A stretch of 64,000 nt of DNA from Octopus sinensis (Eukaryota). Below the pieces are notes generated by a model. It saw only the letters and a program-made list of their open reading frames with translations. It searched no databases and was not told the DNA's origin. Within the stretch, counting starts at the first letter, position 1; each line of letters starts with the position of its first letter. The DNA is taken from NCBI RefSeq assembly GCF_006345805.1, contig NC_043014.1, forward strand, positions 32,364,001-32,428,000, in the 5' to 3' direction. The position numbers were made by a program, and so were the translations under genes. Positions 1-12,272 of this stretch are shown one piece after another.

Positions 1-898
1 TGCTTTTTGCATGCTCCAGTCATTAGTGCTTTTTATGTGGGACCATCACCAGTATATTTTGCATGGTATTAACACCAGCACATTTTATGTAGCACCATCA
101 CTAGTACATTCTATGTGGAACCATCACCAGTACATTTTATGTGACACCTGCACCAGTGCTCTTTATATGGCACCATCACCAGTACTTTTTATGAAGAACC
201 ATCCCCAGTACTTTTTATGTGGCGCCATCACCTACTTTTTAAGTGGAAGCCACACCAGTATTTTTTATGTGGCTGCAGCACCAGTACTTTTTGAGGCAGC
301 AACACTAGCACATTTTGAGTGGCACCATCACCAGTACTTTTAATATGGCACCAACACCAGTGCTTTTTATGTGCAGCAGCAACAGAACATAGTATGTGGC
401 AGCAACACCAGTACATTTTGTGTGCCACCATTACCAGTACTTTTTATGTAGCACCATCACCAGTACTTTTTATGTGGCACCAGCATCAGTGATTTTTATG
501 TAACAGCAGCACCAGAAATTTTGTGGCACCATCACCAGTACTTTTTATGTGACACCGTCACTAATGTCCTTTATATGACACCATCACCAGTGGGACCATC
601 ATCAGTAATTTTTTTATGACATCATCACCAGTGCTTTTTATGTAGCACCATCACTAGTGCTTTTTTATGTGACACAATCACCAGTGCTTTTTTAGTAGCA
701 CCATCACTAGTGCTTTTATGTGACATCATCACCAGTGCTTTTTTATTTGACTCCATCACCAGTGCATTTTATGTGGCACCATCACCAGTGCATTTTATGT
801 GGCACCATCACTAATGCTTTTTATGTGGCACCATCACTAGTGCTTTTTATGTGGCACTATCACCAGTACTTTTTTGTGGCACCATCACTAGTGCTTTC
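1..898. repeat. 26-bp degenerate minisatellite (consensus ~GTGGCACCATCACCAGTGCTTTTTAT), ~34 copies, probably continuing upstream of the window
   Basis: CCAGT/CTAGT anchor recurs at 49, 75, 101, 127, 153, 179, 205 (period 26). ORFs 11-343 and 720-1109 are translations of this array. Confidence 0.95.
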
Positions 899-1342
899 AT
901 ATCCAATACATTTCACTACATACACATACATAGGGATACATATTATTGTTTTAACATCTACCTTCCCATGTTTGCATGGGGCAGATCAAGATTATCTGAA
1001 GCAGACTATTTATGGCTGGGTGCACTTCATATCACCAACCGTCACCTATTTTCAAGCAAAACAATATTTCTTCATGGCCAGACAAGTTTTCACAGAATAT
1101 TGGATATGAATGACACAGCTTGTATGACAGTGACACTCATTTATGAATATTATCTAATGTTACGACAAGGAGACAAAAACATACAGACACATGCATGCAA
1201 GCACACACACACACACACATGAATACATATACATGTTTATATATGTGTATATGTGTATGTATATATATATATATGTGTGTGTATTCAAATTATGATGAAA
1301 GTAAACAAAGTTTGCTTTAGAAGCTTTGCGATGTATAGAAAG

Positions 1343-1532
1343 ATAAGGAAATAATTTTATTTTCAAACGCAGGGTAATGTTAATATTATAGCACGAACAG
1401 GATAAACTACCCATATTTTGCTGAAAAATGTGTCAGCGGCTGACACATTTTTCAGCAAAATATGGGTAGTTTATTCTGTTCGTGCAATATTATCAACATT
1501 ACCCTGCATTTGAGAATGAAATTATTTCCTTA
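1343..1532. repeat. Long inverted repeat (quasi-palindrome), ~94-bp arms with a 1-nt spacer
   Basis: TGTCAGC-G-GCTGACA centre at 1438. The innermost 36 bp are perfectly complementary, with about 7 mismatches overall by hand count. Confidence 0.95.
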
Positions 1533-1548
1533 TATATATATATATATA

Positions 1549-2030
1549 AATTGACTGCTGCTACTTATTAGCTGCAGGTTGGTGTTTTCCGGTCTCAGCG
1601 CGCCGAAGTGAAGGCATTTGAAAAATACATTCAAATATAATCGGTTGGACTCCATGCATGCGATACTCCGGTCAATCGTTTTTGCATCTAGTCCAGCAAA
1701 TTGTATTAATAACGGACCATGCTGACGAGGTTACAGTTTATCCTTGGGGATAATAATAACCGAAACTGATTCAGTACATCTTATTTCGTATATTTTCATT
1801 TGTCTTGTTTAATGTTTTGGTTTTGTGCTGAGTTTTATGTGAGAACACACTCTTTGTGGAGAATGGCGATTTGACGTCTATATCTAGCATGTTGACTGTC
1901 CACTTTTCATGTTCAGTCCTCAATTGGTATATATAAATATTTTAATCTTCGGATTCTTTTTAATATGCTAGACCACTGGTTTTAATTGACTAATATCAAT
2001 TTCTACCCTTAATTAATTTTATATATATTT
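1549..2030 (+). mobile_element. Hammerhead-bearing short interspersed element (Penelope-like/retrozyme type)
   Basis: Starts after (TA)n and contains the hammerhead at 1719-1779. Its 3' part (1783-2020) is repeated at 11322-11561. Confidence 0.7.
1719..1779 (+). ncRNA. Type I hammerhead ribozyme motif, canonical core
   Basis: ATG / CTGACGA (1722-1728) / GGTTA..TTATCC-TTGG-GGATAA..TAACC / GAAA (1762-1765) / ACTGA-T-TCAGT stem III / GTA site (1774-1776) / CAT. Stem I is only 3 bp in this copy. Confidence 0.75.
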
Positions 2031-2206
2031 TTGTATATAAATAAAAGATGCATGCAACAGGTTGCTTAGCCACATACCAAAAAATTAGAACTAGCAGTCA
2101 AAGACTGTTTATTTCTATTTTCTTCAAATAAGACTCCACATACGACATATCCCTGTAATTCACATATGCCAACCAGAAGGAAGAAATAGCGAAAGCAAAG
2201 TCTAAC

Positions 2207-2269
2207 GGTTATTTACGAACGGGTTTCTAGATTAGGAATACAAACTCCATGTCTTTCATCAGCATAACC
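2207..2269 (-). ncRNA. Degenerate type I hammerhead motif
   Basis: Minus strand reads GGTTATG-CTGATGA-stem II-GAAA-CCCGTTC-GTA-AATAACC. Stem I gives 6 bp, with mismatches at the junction pairs. Confidence 0.5.
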
Positions 2270-2270
2270 C

Positions 2271-2418
2271 TGCAGGAGTGGCTGTGTGGTAAGTAGCTTG
2301 TTTACCAACCACCAGGTTCAGTCCCACTGGGCAAGTGTCTTCTGCTATAGCCTCGGGCCGACCAAAGCCTTGTAAGTGGATTTGGTAGATGGAAACTTAC
2401 CACACAGCCACTCCTGCA
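2271..2418 (+). mobile_element. 5' part of a CORE-type SINE followed by an inverted copy of its own head
   Basis: TGCAGGAGTGGCTGTGTGGTAAGT (2271-2294) and its exact reverse complement (2395-2418). Confidence 0.8.
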
Positions 2419-2467
2419 CATATGTGATGGGTATGTATATATGTGTATGTATGTATGTATATACATA

Positions 2468-2554
<87 letters not shown>

Positions 2555-2619
2555 TGTATATCTACACACACACATATATACACATATACATACATACATA
2601 TATATACATACCCATCACA

Positions 2620-3930
2620 TGTGTCTTCAATCTTATGTGTAAAATGGCCTGTCCAAAATCCTCACAAGTACTTGTTCTTTCCCAAGATTCTTTATGCTAC
2701 TGTGTTCATTCTAGATTGACCTAAAGACCTAAAGAACAACTTGCAATTTGTTGACTGTTCTTGAAAGACCTTCCAATATCTATAACTGAAGAAAACAGAG
2801 TTGTGTACTTTCTTTCAACTCTATTTAGCATTTGCTTCGCTGTCTTACTAAAACACACCTTTGTGATATCAACTGGTGGTATCTACCCTTTTATCGGATC
2901 ATATAGGAATCTGTCCTGGATGAGAGTCAAGACAAAAGTACTCAAAGCAATCATATGCTGTTTGCAGAAGACATAGTGCTGACAACAATCACTTACAGTA
3001 ATTATATTGCCTTGGGGACAACTTTTCAAGTACCTGTCAGGACTTCAACCTGATGAATAGCCTAAAGAAAACCATGCATTGCACCAAGGTATGGTCGCCT
3101 CATCTGCCATTCCATGAAAAAAATTGTGAGCTGTAAGTAATTCATGAGTTCATATACCTTAACTCCACCTTCACGGAGAGTCTCTCCTGATGTCAACAGG
3201 TGAATCAGAAGACACTTATAAGACTCAGAGTCGAGAAGCACAGCAAGCTAACACTGCTAAGGTTGCAGTCCACAGAACTTTAGTTTTTCAGTACTCTGTT
3301 TTATGTCAGTGAGATCAGAAGCTTCTATTCTAGACAAAATTACATACCAATGCATTGTACCTTCACTGCTTGTGAAGCTTCATCATATGCACTGACTGTG
3401 TCACCAACAATGTATTTCCTGCCTGTGTCTATATACCCAACATCTTTATCCTGTTTCTTCAATGACATCTCTGTTAACTATACCACATATACTGTGGTAT
3501 AGTTAACAGAGAGGATCAGGAAATAACAGTTGTATGAGTAACTGGTATTCAGCAAGTGAGAATAAGAGCAATCCCATTATGATTTCAAATTGTTTACAAG
3601 AGGGAAATGAAATGAAATCATTGACCATAGAGAAATTAAAGTGAGAACACATTAACGAAATAATTATTCTCACTGGAGACTGAAACAAATCAAGCCTTAG
3701 GAAGAGGTGAGAAGAAACTGATAATTGTTGATAATTGTCATTGAAGAGGAATCTGTCCAATTAACAAACAATACCAGAACAGTGTTGTCAGGTAGTATCT
3801 TTAAATCCAGTCACTGCATATCTGGACCTCTACAGCTACTGCACATTTTGCCTTGTTAGCAAGAATTTTCAAATACAGACCCATGGTCTTGCAAGACTAA
3901 TGGATGCGGCAGAATAACATATCAACATAC
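2620..3930 (+). pseudogene. Decayed RTE-like LINE reverse transcriptase region
   Basis: HMLFAEDIVL at 2952-2981 (FADD-like RT motif) and a downstream EFIYLNS (FxYLGS-like) motif. Many stops and frameshifts. Confidence 0.65.
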
Positions 3931-3949
3931 CCAGAAATCAAGCGAAATA

Positions 3950-5290
3950 TCTGTGAAAGTAGGGAAATCTAAAAATGCACATCAAATTAACTTTAGTATT
4001 TACAACACTCTTCTGACAAATAGTAACTACAAAAACCACAACGATATCAACACTCAAGTTTAACAGATAAGAGATTCTTAAATTAACAGATATTTACATT
4101 ACATTAAGTGTTCAAAAACCAAAGAATATATATAATCTCATACTAAATTTATCATATCAATGGAAACTGAACCAGGAAGAATCAGCAAAAATATATTTAA
4201 ATAAAATCAATAACAGTATATAAAAAAACCCTATACCCTAGATTAATACTTGAGAATAAAGTCTATCTCTTATAAATTAGTTGACACATGTCTGGGAAAT
4301 ACAAGACTATACATTTATTCAGGTTGATATAGTTAACTACAATACATCATTACTATGTATCTATTATTAAAGGCTCTTGGTTTCATAAAATTCATTCAAT
4401 GCCAAACTCTAATGCAAGCATCAGAGATTTTGAGATTAATATGTTTTAGATTTAATTCACAAGATCAAAATTAAAGACATAGACATTTGAATTAATATAT
4501 AAAAGGGAGCACCACACCTTAATGGTGGACTTTATAGAGATGATAGTCTATTGATCTTATGAAATATTAACAGGCAGCTGCCAGATGAGTTTAGGAAGAA
4601 TATATATATATATATATACCAATACCATTTAATGACTTGAGACTAAAATTTCCAATAAGCATAAAATGTTAAGTTCCTTAGATGTAACATTCAGCCTCAG
4701 TAATGGAAAGTTTCAACTGTACAATAAAACTAATGATTAGATTATGTTATATCTAATAATTCAAATTACCCACTGTGTGTCACCCAGCAGCCCAAACAAG
4801 TGAAACTGTAAAAATCTTGTATGAAGAATAATGACAACATAACACATTTTCCCCTTCAATATAAGTGAAAAATTATTTAATAGCAATTTACTTAAAATAA
4901 GCTATTTTACTTTAACAAACTTAACTAAAACTGTAACAGCCATGAATAATAAAAAAAAAATTAATGGCATTGATTTTACAAATATAAGCATAAACTAATT
5001 TAAGGATGATTTCATCAACACAACTTTACATTTAGAATGCTCCAAAGAAGAACGACTGCAAAACTTACAGCAAATAAATGGTTTTTGCAAAATAATATAT
5101 TCCCAGCTATTAAGTGAAGACTTTTAGATTAAGTGCTCATACACAATAAAATTTTTTTTTTGTAGTTATTGCATCACAGAAAAGCTATTGATCTTCAAAT
5201 ATCCTAGCATAATATTAAATTGGCATATTGGATAATTTAAATTGGCAATAGAGGATCACATGCAGACATGCCTGCATAAAAACCTTAATG
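3950..5290 (+). pseudogene. Decayed Penelope-like retroelement ORF (RT and probable C-terminal endonuclease region)
   Basis: TEPGRISK (~4166-4189), FIQVDIV (~4314-4334), GLYRDDSL (4527-4550), LDVTFSLSNGKFQLYNKTN (from 4678), and terminal C..EKL and CRH-like motifs near 5160-5275. Confidence 0.8.
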
Positions 5291-5818
5291 ACATTTCGGT
5301 AGAAGCAATATGAGATTCTTCACACACATGCATGCATCTTCATATATATATATAAACATCTGCACATAGAACATAACTAAAATAAACATAATAACAACAG
5401 ACACATATATATATATATATATATAAATATATATATATATATGTATATACATGGAATAGTTCAAGTGAGCATACTTGAAGACACATATACACGTAGGGAT
5501 TGGAATTAATATACAGAAGGAAAGTACACCAATATATTTATAGCACAAACATAATAACTGACGAGAATACAAGATTCATAGTTAAAATAAAATAAGAAAA
5601 TGGAATTACAAACCACTGTGATTTTAACAATCAACAAGCAGATATTGCTTGAAATGCTATGAAAGGATGAAACTATTAGTAGTAACATAAATTGAATATC
5701 AGGCTATTAATTAGAATACTGTAGACTTTGCTTTCTAGTGGTGAGCATACATTTGCTTTCATGCCCTTTATTTTTGTATCTATCAATCAATTTTTCTATG
5801 TATTGATTTGTCTGTCTG

Positions 5819-5863
<45 letters not shown>

Positions 5864-5935
5864 TTATCTATCTTTCTATCTATCCATCAATCTATCTAGC
5901 TAGCTAGCTATATATGTATATGTATACACACACAC

Positions 5936-5976
<41 letters not shown>

Positions 5977-6149
5977 TCTGTGAGTGAGTTTTTGTATTAG
6001 CCTTTTGGTTAAGATCAAAGTGTAGTAAATTTCTATGTATATATACACACATTTATATATATATATATATATATGTATATTTATGGATGTATATATTAAT
6101 ATCCATATACACATATATACATATACATATATATATGTGTGTGTGTGTG

Positions 6150-6435
6150 AGGGTATATGGCCTAACGGTTGGGGTGTTGCACTTACAATCTTGCGATAGT
6201 GGTTTCAATTTCTTGATTGGGTAGTACATTGTCTTCTTGAGCAAAAGACTTTCTCACATTGCTCTACAATCCCTTTGACATCTGATGTGGGTACACAGTG
6301 TACCTGTTCAGACAAATGTCAATTGGATTGAGAGAGGGAGTTAATGTGCAACATGAACATTTGATCACTATATGCAAAACATTTGTCCAGATCACTCGGT
6401 ATAAGCTGAAAGGTCATACATCGTCTTTGATGGGA
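6150..6435 (+). mobile_element. tRNA-derived SINE, second family (related copies at 31118-31375 and 36487-36733)
   Basis: tRNA-like head TGGCCTAACGGTTGGGGTGTTGCACT...GGTTTCAATT followed by CTTGAGCAAAAGACTT. The same body is seen in the other copies. Confidence 0.7.
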
Positions 6436-6452
6436 GAGTCCATATATATATA

Positions 6453-7385
6453 CAGGGTGTAGTGAATAAATTGTCATCTAAATTATGCAAAAAGGTAAGT
6501 AACACTGACATCTCATTTTACCAAAGTTACATAAAAATATCTTGAAATACTAAAGAGTAAATTTATTCAATATATCTCCATTGGCATCAACCACAACCTC
6601 CAGACAACTTCAGAATCTACTGCAACTCTTCTCAACAGTCTCCTTGTTTAAGTTGGTGAATGCTGCCATAGTCCTTGCCTTCAGTTCATCTTTGGTGTTA
6701 CAAGGAATTTTGTTGGGCTCTCACTCGACTGTGCCCAACACATAATAAACAAAGGGGCTGCAGTCTGAGGTGTTAGGTGGCTAGTTGTTAGAGGTGGTAT
6801 GGTTGCAGAAATTGTCTAACAGCCATGACTGGGTTCTCCTACTTGTGTGACATGGTGCAGAGTCCTGTTGCCAGACATAGGATTTTCCAGGAGCCAGAGC
6901 AGCACTCTCTCTCCCAGACACTTGATGTAGGCCTCCGTGTTGAGTCTGAGGCCATGTGGGTATATGAATGTAGACATAACGTCACTGTCACTAGTGATCA
7001 CTCCAAACACCATGATGTTGATTGGATGTTTGATTTTTATCACTCTCAGTACATGTTTTGGGGATATGGCAAGTCAACAATTGTTCTGTGTTCACCATCT
7101 GATCCTGGGAGAAATTTTTTCTGGTCTGTAAAAAACCAAAGTATGTTTCTTGGAGGGGACGCTTGAGTTTGTTCAAAAGCTTCATAGCGTGGTTTTTCCT
7201 CTTGTCCTAGATGACTTGGGATAAAAATTGGCCTTTTCTCATCTTGTATGAAGAATGCCAAATATCTTCATGCACTACCTACCTAATAAGAAACTTAGGC
7301 ACTCCCATGTCCCTAGCAATAGACCTAACTGACTTGGAGGGATCGTTGTCAATCATAGCCTGAATCTCACCAACAAATTCAAGAC
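6453..7385 (-). mobile_element. Decayed DD37D (maT-type) Tc1/mariner transposon, 3' two-thirds
   Basis: Minus-strand KHPINIMVFG and WQQDSAPCH...PPNTSDCSPF(V). There are 37 residues between QQD and the third-D position, which is mutated GAT>GTT. The terminus TA-CAGGGTG lies at 6451-6459. Confidence 0.8.
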
Positions 7386-7625
7386 TTAATCCCCTTGTCT
7401 GTCCTTGATTGTCCCCTCCATCTTTAGCCCCTTGTGGGCAATAAAGAAATAAGAAATGTTAGCACGCTGTGTGAAATACTTAGTGGTATTTCGTCTGTTT
7501 TTAAATTCCGTTGAGGTTGACTTTGCCTTTCATCCTTTCGGGGTTGATAAATTAGGTACCTGATGTGTACTGGGATCAATCTAATCAACTGGCCTCATCC
7601 CCTAAAATTTTGGGCTTTCTGCCTA
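7385..7625 (+). mobile_element. Nin-domain SINE (partial dimer)
   Basis: GACTTTGCCTTTCATCCTTTCGGGGTTGATAAATTAGGTACC core at ~7519-7560. Confidence 0.8.
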
Positions 7626-7659
7626 GAAAAGAAAAGAATGTATCTATCTACTATAATCT

Positions 7660-8785
7660 GCTCTCTCTCTCTCTCTCTCTCTCACTCCCTCTCCCTTCTC
7701 TCACTCCCTCTCCCCCTTCACTCCCTCTCTGCCTCTCTCCACTTGATTTTAAAACTAAATCGTTTTTGGATTCAGTTATAAAAACAAGTGGAGAGAACCC
7801 AGTTAGCCAACCATGACCAAACACAGCACACACCCTCATATACAAAGAAATACCCTAAACATCCACCCACTTTCAAAAGATAGGAACAGTTAATTGACAC
7901 CCTTATCTGATCAATTGTAAAAGATCTGATAACATATAGCTCTAACCATGCACAACAAATCTAAACCCATGAAAAAAAAAGTAACAGATCAATCTGTCTA
8001 TCAATTTCATTCAATCATTCTTTCTCTCTATCTCTCTCTCTTTCTCTCTGTATCTGCTTCCCTCAGTCTGTCTCCCTCTCCTCTCTCTCTCCCTCTCTCC
8101 CTCCCTCTCTCTTCCTCCCTCTCCTGCTCCCACTCCTGCTCTCCCCTCTCTCTCTTTCTCTCTATATCTGTTTCCCTCAGTCTGTCTCCCCCCACTCTCC
8201 CTCTCCCTCTCTCACTCTGTGTTGCCCTCTGTCTGTCTCTCCCTCTCTCCCTCCTCTTTCTTCCTCCCTCTCCCTCTCCTGCTCTCCCTCTCACTCTCTC
8301 ATTCTCTCTATACCTGGTTCCCTCAGTCTATCTCCCTCTCCCCCTCTCTGTCTCTCCCTCTCTCACTGTATGTTTCCCTCTGTCTGTCTCTTTCCCTCAC
8401 TTTCCCTCTCTCTTCCTCTCTCTCTCCCTCTCCCACTTCTGCTCTCCCTCTCTCTCTCTCTCTTTCTCTCTATATCTGTTTCCTTCAATCTGCCTCCCTC
8501 TCCCCCTCTCTCTCACCCTGTGTTTCCCTGTCTGTCTCTCTTTCCCTCTCTCTCCCTCTTACCCCTCTCTCTTCCTTCCTCTCCCTCCCCTCCCGCTCTC
8601 GCTTTCTCTTTCTCTCTATATCTGTTTCCCTCAGTCTGTCTCCCTCCCTCTCTGTCTCTCCCTCTCTCTTACTATGTGTTTTCCTCAGTCTGCCTGTCTC
8701 TTTCCCTCACTCTCCCTCCCTCTCTCTCCCTCTCTCTCTTCCTCCCTTTCCCTCTCCCACTCCTGCTCTCCCCCTCTCTCTCTCA
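7660..8785. repeat. Polypyrimidine (CT-rich) tract with internal higher-order repeats
   Basis: Recurrent CTCTATATCTGTTTCCCTCAGTCTGTCTCCC and CCCACTCCTGCTCTCCC blocks. The Leu/Ser/Pro ORFs here are compositional artefacts. Confidence 0.9.
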
Positions 8786-9066
8786 ATATATACACATAGA
8801 CACACATACATACACATGCACACACATCTTTAAGTAATGGTCATTCAATTATACATATACGTATTCCCTCTTGAAACTTTAATGAATGATAACTTAGACA
8901 TAAATCATTATTATGTAATAAATATATCAACTCTGTTATAGAATACACTTTACTTAGTGGTTTCAATATTACAGATGTAATATGAATGTATATGCATGTG
9001 CGCTTGCATATATGTGTATATGCATATATGTATTCATGTGCTTTTGCATATATGTCTGCATATATG

Positions 9067-9760
9067 CAAAAGGATGGCGACAACGTGCAGACGACTGGCT
9101 GGATGGATCCCAAGAACATTCAGAACCAGAGATAAGGAAACCATGATGGTCTTCTGGTGGACATTCGTCCTCAGCCACCTGGATTACTGCTCACAGATAT
9201 GGCTACCCACCAGTGTGAAATTAACAGCGGACCTTAAAGCAATCCAGAGAAGATTCACAAAGGAGATCGTCTCTTTGCAACACCTCAGCTACTAGGAAAG
9301 GTTGAAACATCTAAGACTCTACTCCCTGGAGAGAAGACGGGAGAGGTATGCAGTAATATATATCTGGAAGATCCTGGAAGGAATTGTGTCAAATTTTGGC
9401 ATTGAAAGCTACACCAATACCAGAACAGAATGACACTGCATAGTGCCAAAGATCCCAGCAATGCCATCGCGCTTCAGGACCAGTTACTGCAACAGTCTGG
9501 GTTTCAGGAGCTCACATCTTTTTGATATTCTCCCAAAGAACCTGAGGAACCTGCACAAAGTAGATGTAGGGGTTTTTAAATCAAAGCTGGACCTTTTCCT
9601 GTCGAGAGTCCCAGATGAACCTACCTCACAGCAAGAGGTGCAAATAAGGAAAACTATATCAAATTCCATTCTTCACCAAGTGCAGCATATTAGAGGAGGC
9701 TCTCAGTAATAACAGTGTAGCAAAACGGCGGTGCATCAGCATGGTTGCAGCTCTGAGCTG
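9067..9760 (+). pseudogene. 3' end of a CR1/L2-type LINE ORF2
   Basis: WIPRTFRTRD...HLDYCSQIW...IQRRFT...HLSY*ERLKHLRLYSLERRRERY, typical of the CR1-group RT C-terminus. Confidence 0.85.
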
Positions 9761-10019
9761 AAACTAGAGAGAGAAAAAAATATATTAATATATTCAAATA
9801 TAAATGCATGAATATTTATATCCATTTCTATGCACACACACACACTTATGCACATATGTATACACTTACATACATGTATATATAAATATACATCTATACA
9901 TGTGTGAGCTAGAGAATGTAATATACACATAAGAGATCAAAATTTGAGTCACAACAGTTGATTAAATCTACCTGAACATATAACTAGTAATTATTTGATC
10001 AACCCAAAGAAGAACAGCA

Positions 10020-10385
10020 CAAACAAAATTTTAATTTCTTTTTTGTCTTTTGTTAGTAAATGTTATTTCCTCTTTGCCTCTATCTAGAAATCAAAGGAAA
10101 TGACTACTATTCCCTTCAAACTTTGCTCTTGTGACCTGGACAATCAATGTTTTGAAACTGACTTATTTTCCATTACATTTCAGATTTCGTGCTGAGTTGC
10201 TGAAGTAGAAATATTGTTATACCAAATATCCTGCTCAGTACCACAGATTTGTTTGTCAGTTGCTTGACCTTAATCACTTGAGCATGTCCCTTAGTGGCTG
10301 ACAATATGTGTATCTCTGACCATGAGTAGTAGTGGAGGAGCATCATAGTCAGGTGTTGAGAAGGATTCTTTGAGGTTTAAATAAA
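10020..10385 (+). repeat. Unclassified interspersed repeat (overlapping homology with 32335-32550 and 52555-53105)
   Basis: Shared blocks CCCTTCAAACTTTG..TTGTGACCTGGA and TTGAGCATGTCCCTTAGTGGCTGAC. Confidence 0.75.
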
Positions 10386-11153
10386 TGTAACAAAAGCAAA
10401 TTTTGAGGGAAATATTAGCCATTTTTCATACTTTCTAGGGGTAAGCAAATAGGAAATAACCATTGCTATCCAAGGACAAAAATCATGTTACACAGTATAT
10501 TAAACAAAGGCACCCTTAGCATAATTCCAGAATGAAAGAGGAGCAAATAAGACATCATCATTATCATCATTATCATCATCCCCATTGTCTTTTAACGTCC
10601 ACTTTTCCATGCTTGTATGGGTCAGATGAAGTCAGATTTAGAGTCAGATGTCCTTGGTGAGAATCATAGGAACAATCATGTGACAGTTTTTCATTGGTTA
10701 TTACTGAATTTTCTATAAAGAAAGTTCACAATTTCTATTATTTAAAACAATTAAGATTATTTTCTCAATACAGAAAATAAGATTCTAAAAAAGTCAAATA
10801 AAATTGAATTATGTAGAAATAATAGCAATAAAAGCAATAAAAACAGATGTAAAGTAAAATAAAACAAATAAATGTATAAAAATTTTTTTAAAAAACATGT
10901 CATTATTCCTCAGTTACTGTTATTAACATTGCCGTTAATTTACCATCCCCGCCAATAACAATGGCAACAACAACAACAACATCACTGTGACAGCCGCCAC
11001 CACCACTACCCCCCCAACCAACACTAACACCACAACCAATATAACAATCACTTCTACCAACACTCACCAACACCGCTAAGAGTATTACCATTGATACAAT
11101 CAAGAAACACAACGTGGATCACCTCATATACATACACACATGCACAAATACAT

Positions 11154-11222
<69 letters not shown>

Positions 11223-11321
11223 CATGCATTTATGATATATATATATTTTAAATATAACAGAGGTGCTCTAATTGTTGCTTAACATTTCCAGTTCAGGTTA
11301 TATATATATATATATATATTC

Positions 11322-11561
11322 CATTTCGTATATTTCTTTTGTCTTATCCATTGCTTTAGGTCGTGCTGAATTTTATTTTTATTTGAGAACAAAATCTTTG
11401 TGGAGAATGGCGATTTGACGTCTATATCTAGCATGTTGACTGACCACCTTTTCGTGCTCAGTCCTTAATTGGTATATATAAATATTTTAATCTTCGGATT
11501 CTTTTTAATGTGCTAGACCACTGGTTTTAATTGACTAATATCAATTTTTACCCTTAATTTT
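11322..11561 (+). mobile_element. 5'-truncated copy of the 1549-2030 element, lacking the hammerhead
   Basis: Near-identical run GGAGAATGGCGATTTGACGTCTATATCTAGCATGTTGACTG...GCTAGACCACTGGTTTTAATTGACTAATATCAAT, with (TA)n on both sides. Confidence 0.85.
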
Positions 11562-11810
11562 TAAATATATATATATATATATCAAGTATATATTTATACA
11601 TACACGCATACATACACATGCATATATACATGCACACACATCTAATGCATGCACCAATATTTTGAAATTGGTAGTATTGGAATGGTTGATTGCGTATGAG
11701 AAATGATGAGGGGAATATATGTGTGTGTGTGTGTGTGTGCGTATGTGTGTGTGTGTATGTGTGCGTGTGTGTGTGAGTGTGTGTGTATGTATACAGATAT
11801 AGATAGATAC

Positions 11811-11844
<34 letters not shown>

Positions 11845-12272
11845 GCATACATATATATACACACATATATATATGTATGTATGCATGTATGTATATATGC
11901 ATGTATGTATGGATGTATGTATGTACAGAGATAGAGAGAGAGGAGAGAGAGAGAGAGAGAGAGAGACGAGGGATACAGAAAAATAAGCTAGGAGGAAAAC
12001 TAAGTAAAAGACTGGATATATGAGTGTGAGACAAGAAATAAGAGAGGGCTGAACAAATAGTAAGACATTGACACACATAAAGAAATAATAAATCTTTTAA
12101 AAACTTGAAACATCATACAGAGAACATAATCCTATTTTGAATAACATTGTCAAAAGCCATACAAAGACAAATTCCTCAAACAATGAGAAATTTGGGGAAT
12201 TGGTGTTAGGAAGTACACAATTTCATGTGGTAATTTATCGATGAAATTTTATGAAAAATTGTACCAACAATA

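Noticed and set aside
5558-5590. CTGACGA-GAAT-ACAAG-ATTC just downstream of the Penelope remnant as a hammerhead
   Set aside because: Core and a 4-bp hairpin are present, but GAAA, stem III and stem I are missing. At most a remnant.
7948-8799. 283-aa Leu/Ser/Pro ORF, the longest in the track
   Set aside because: Translation of a CT-rich tract that lacks stop codons for compositional reasons.
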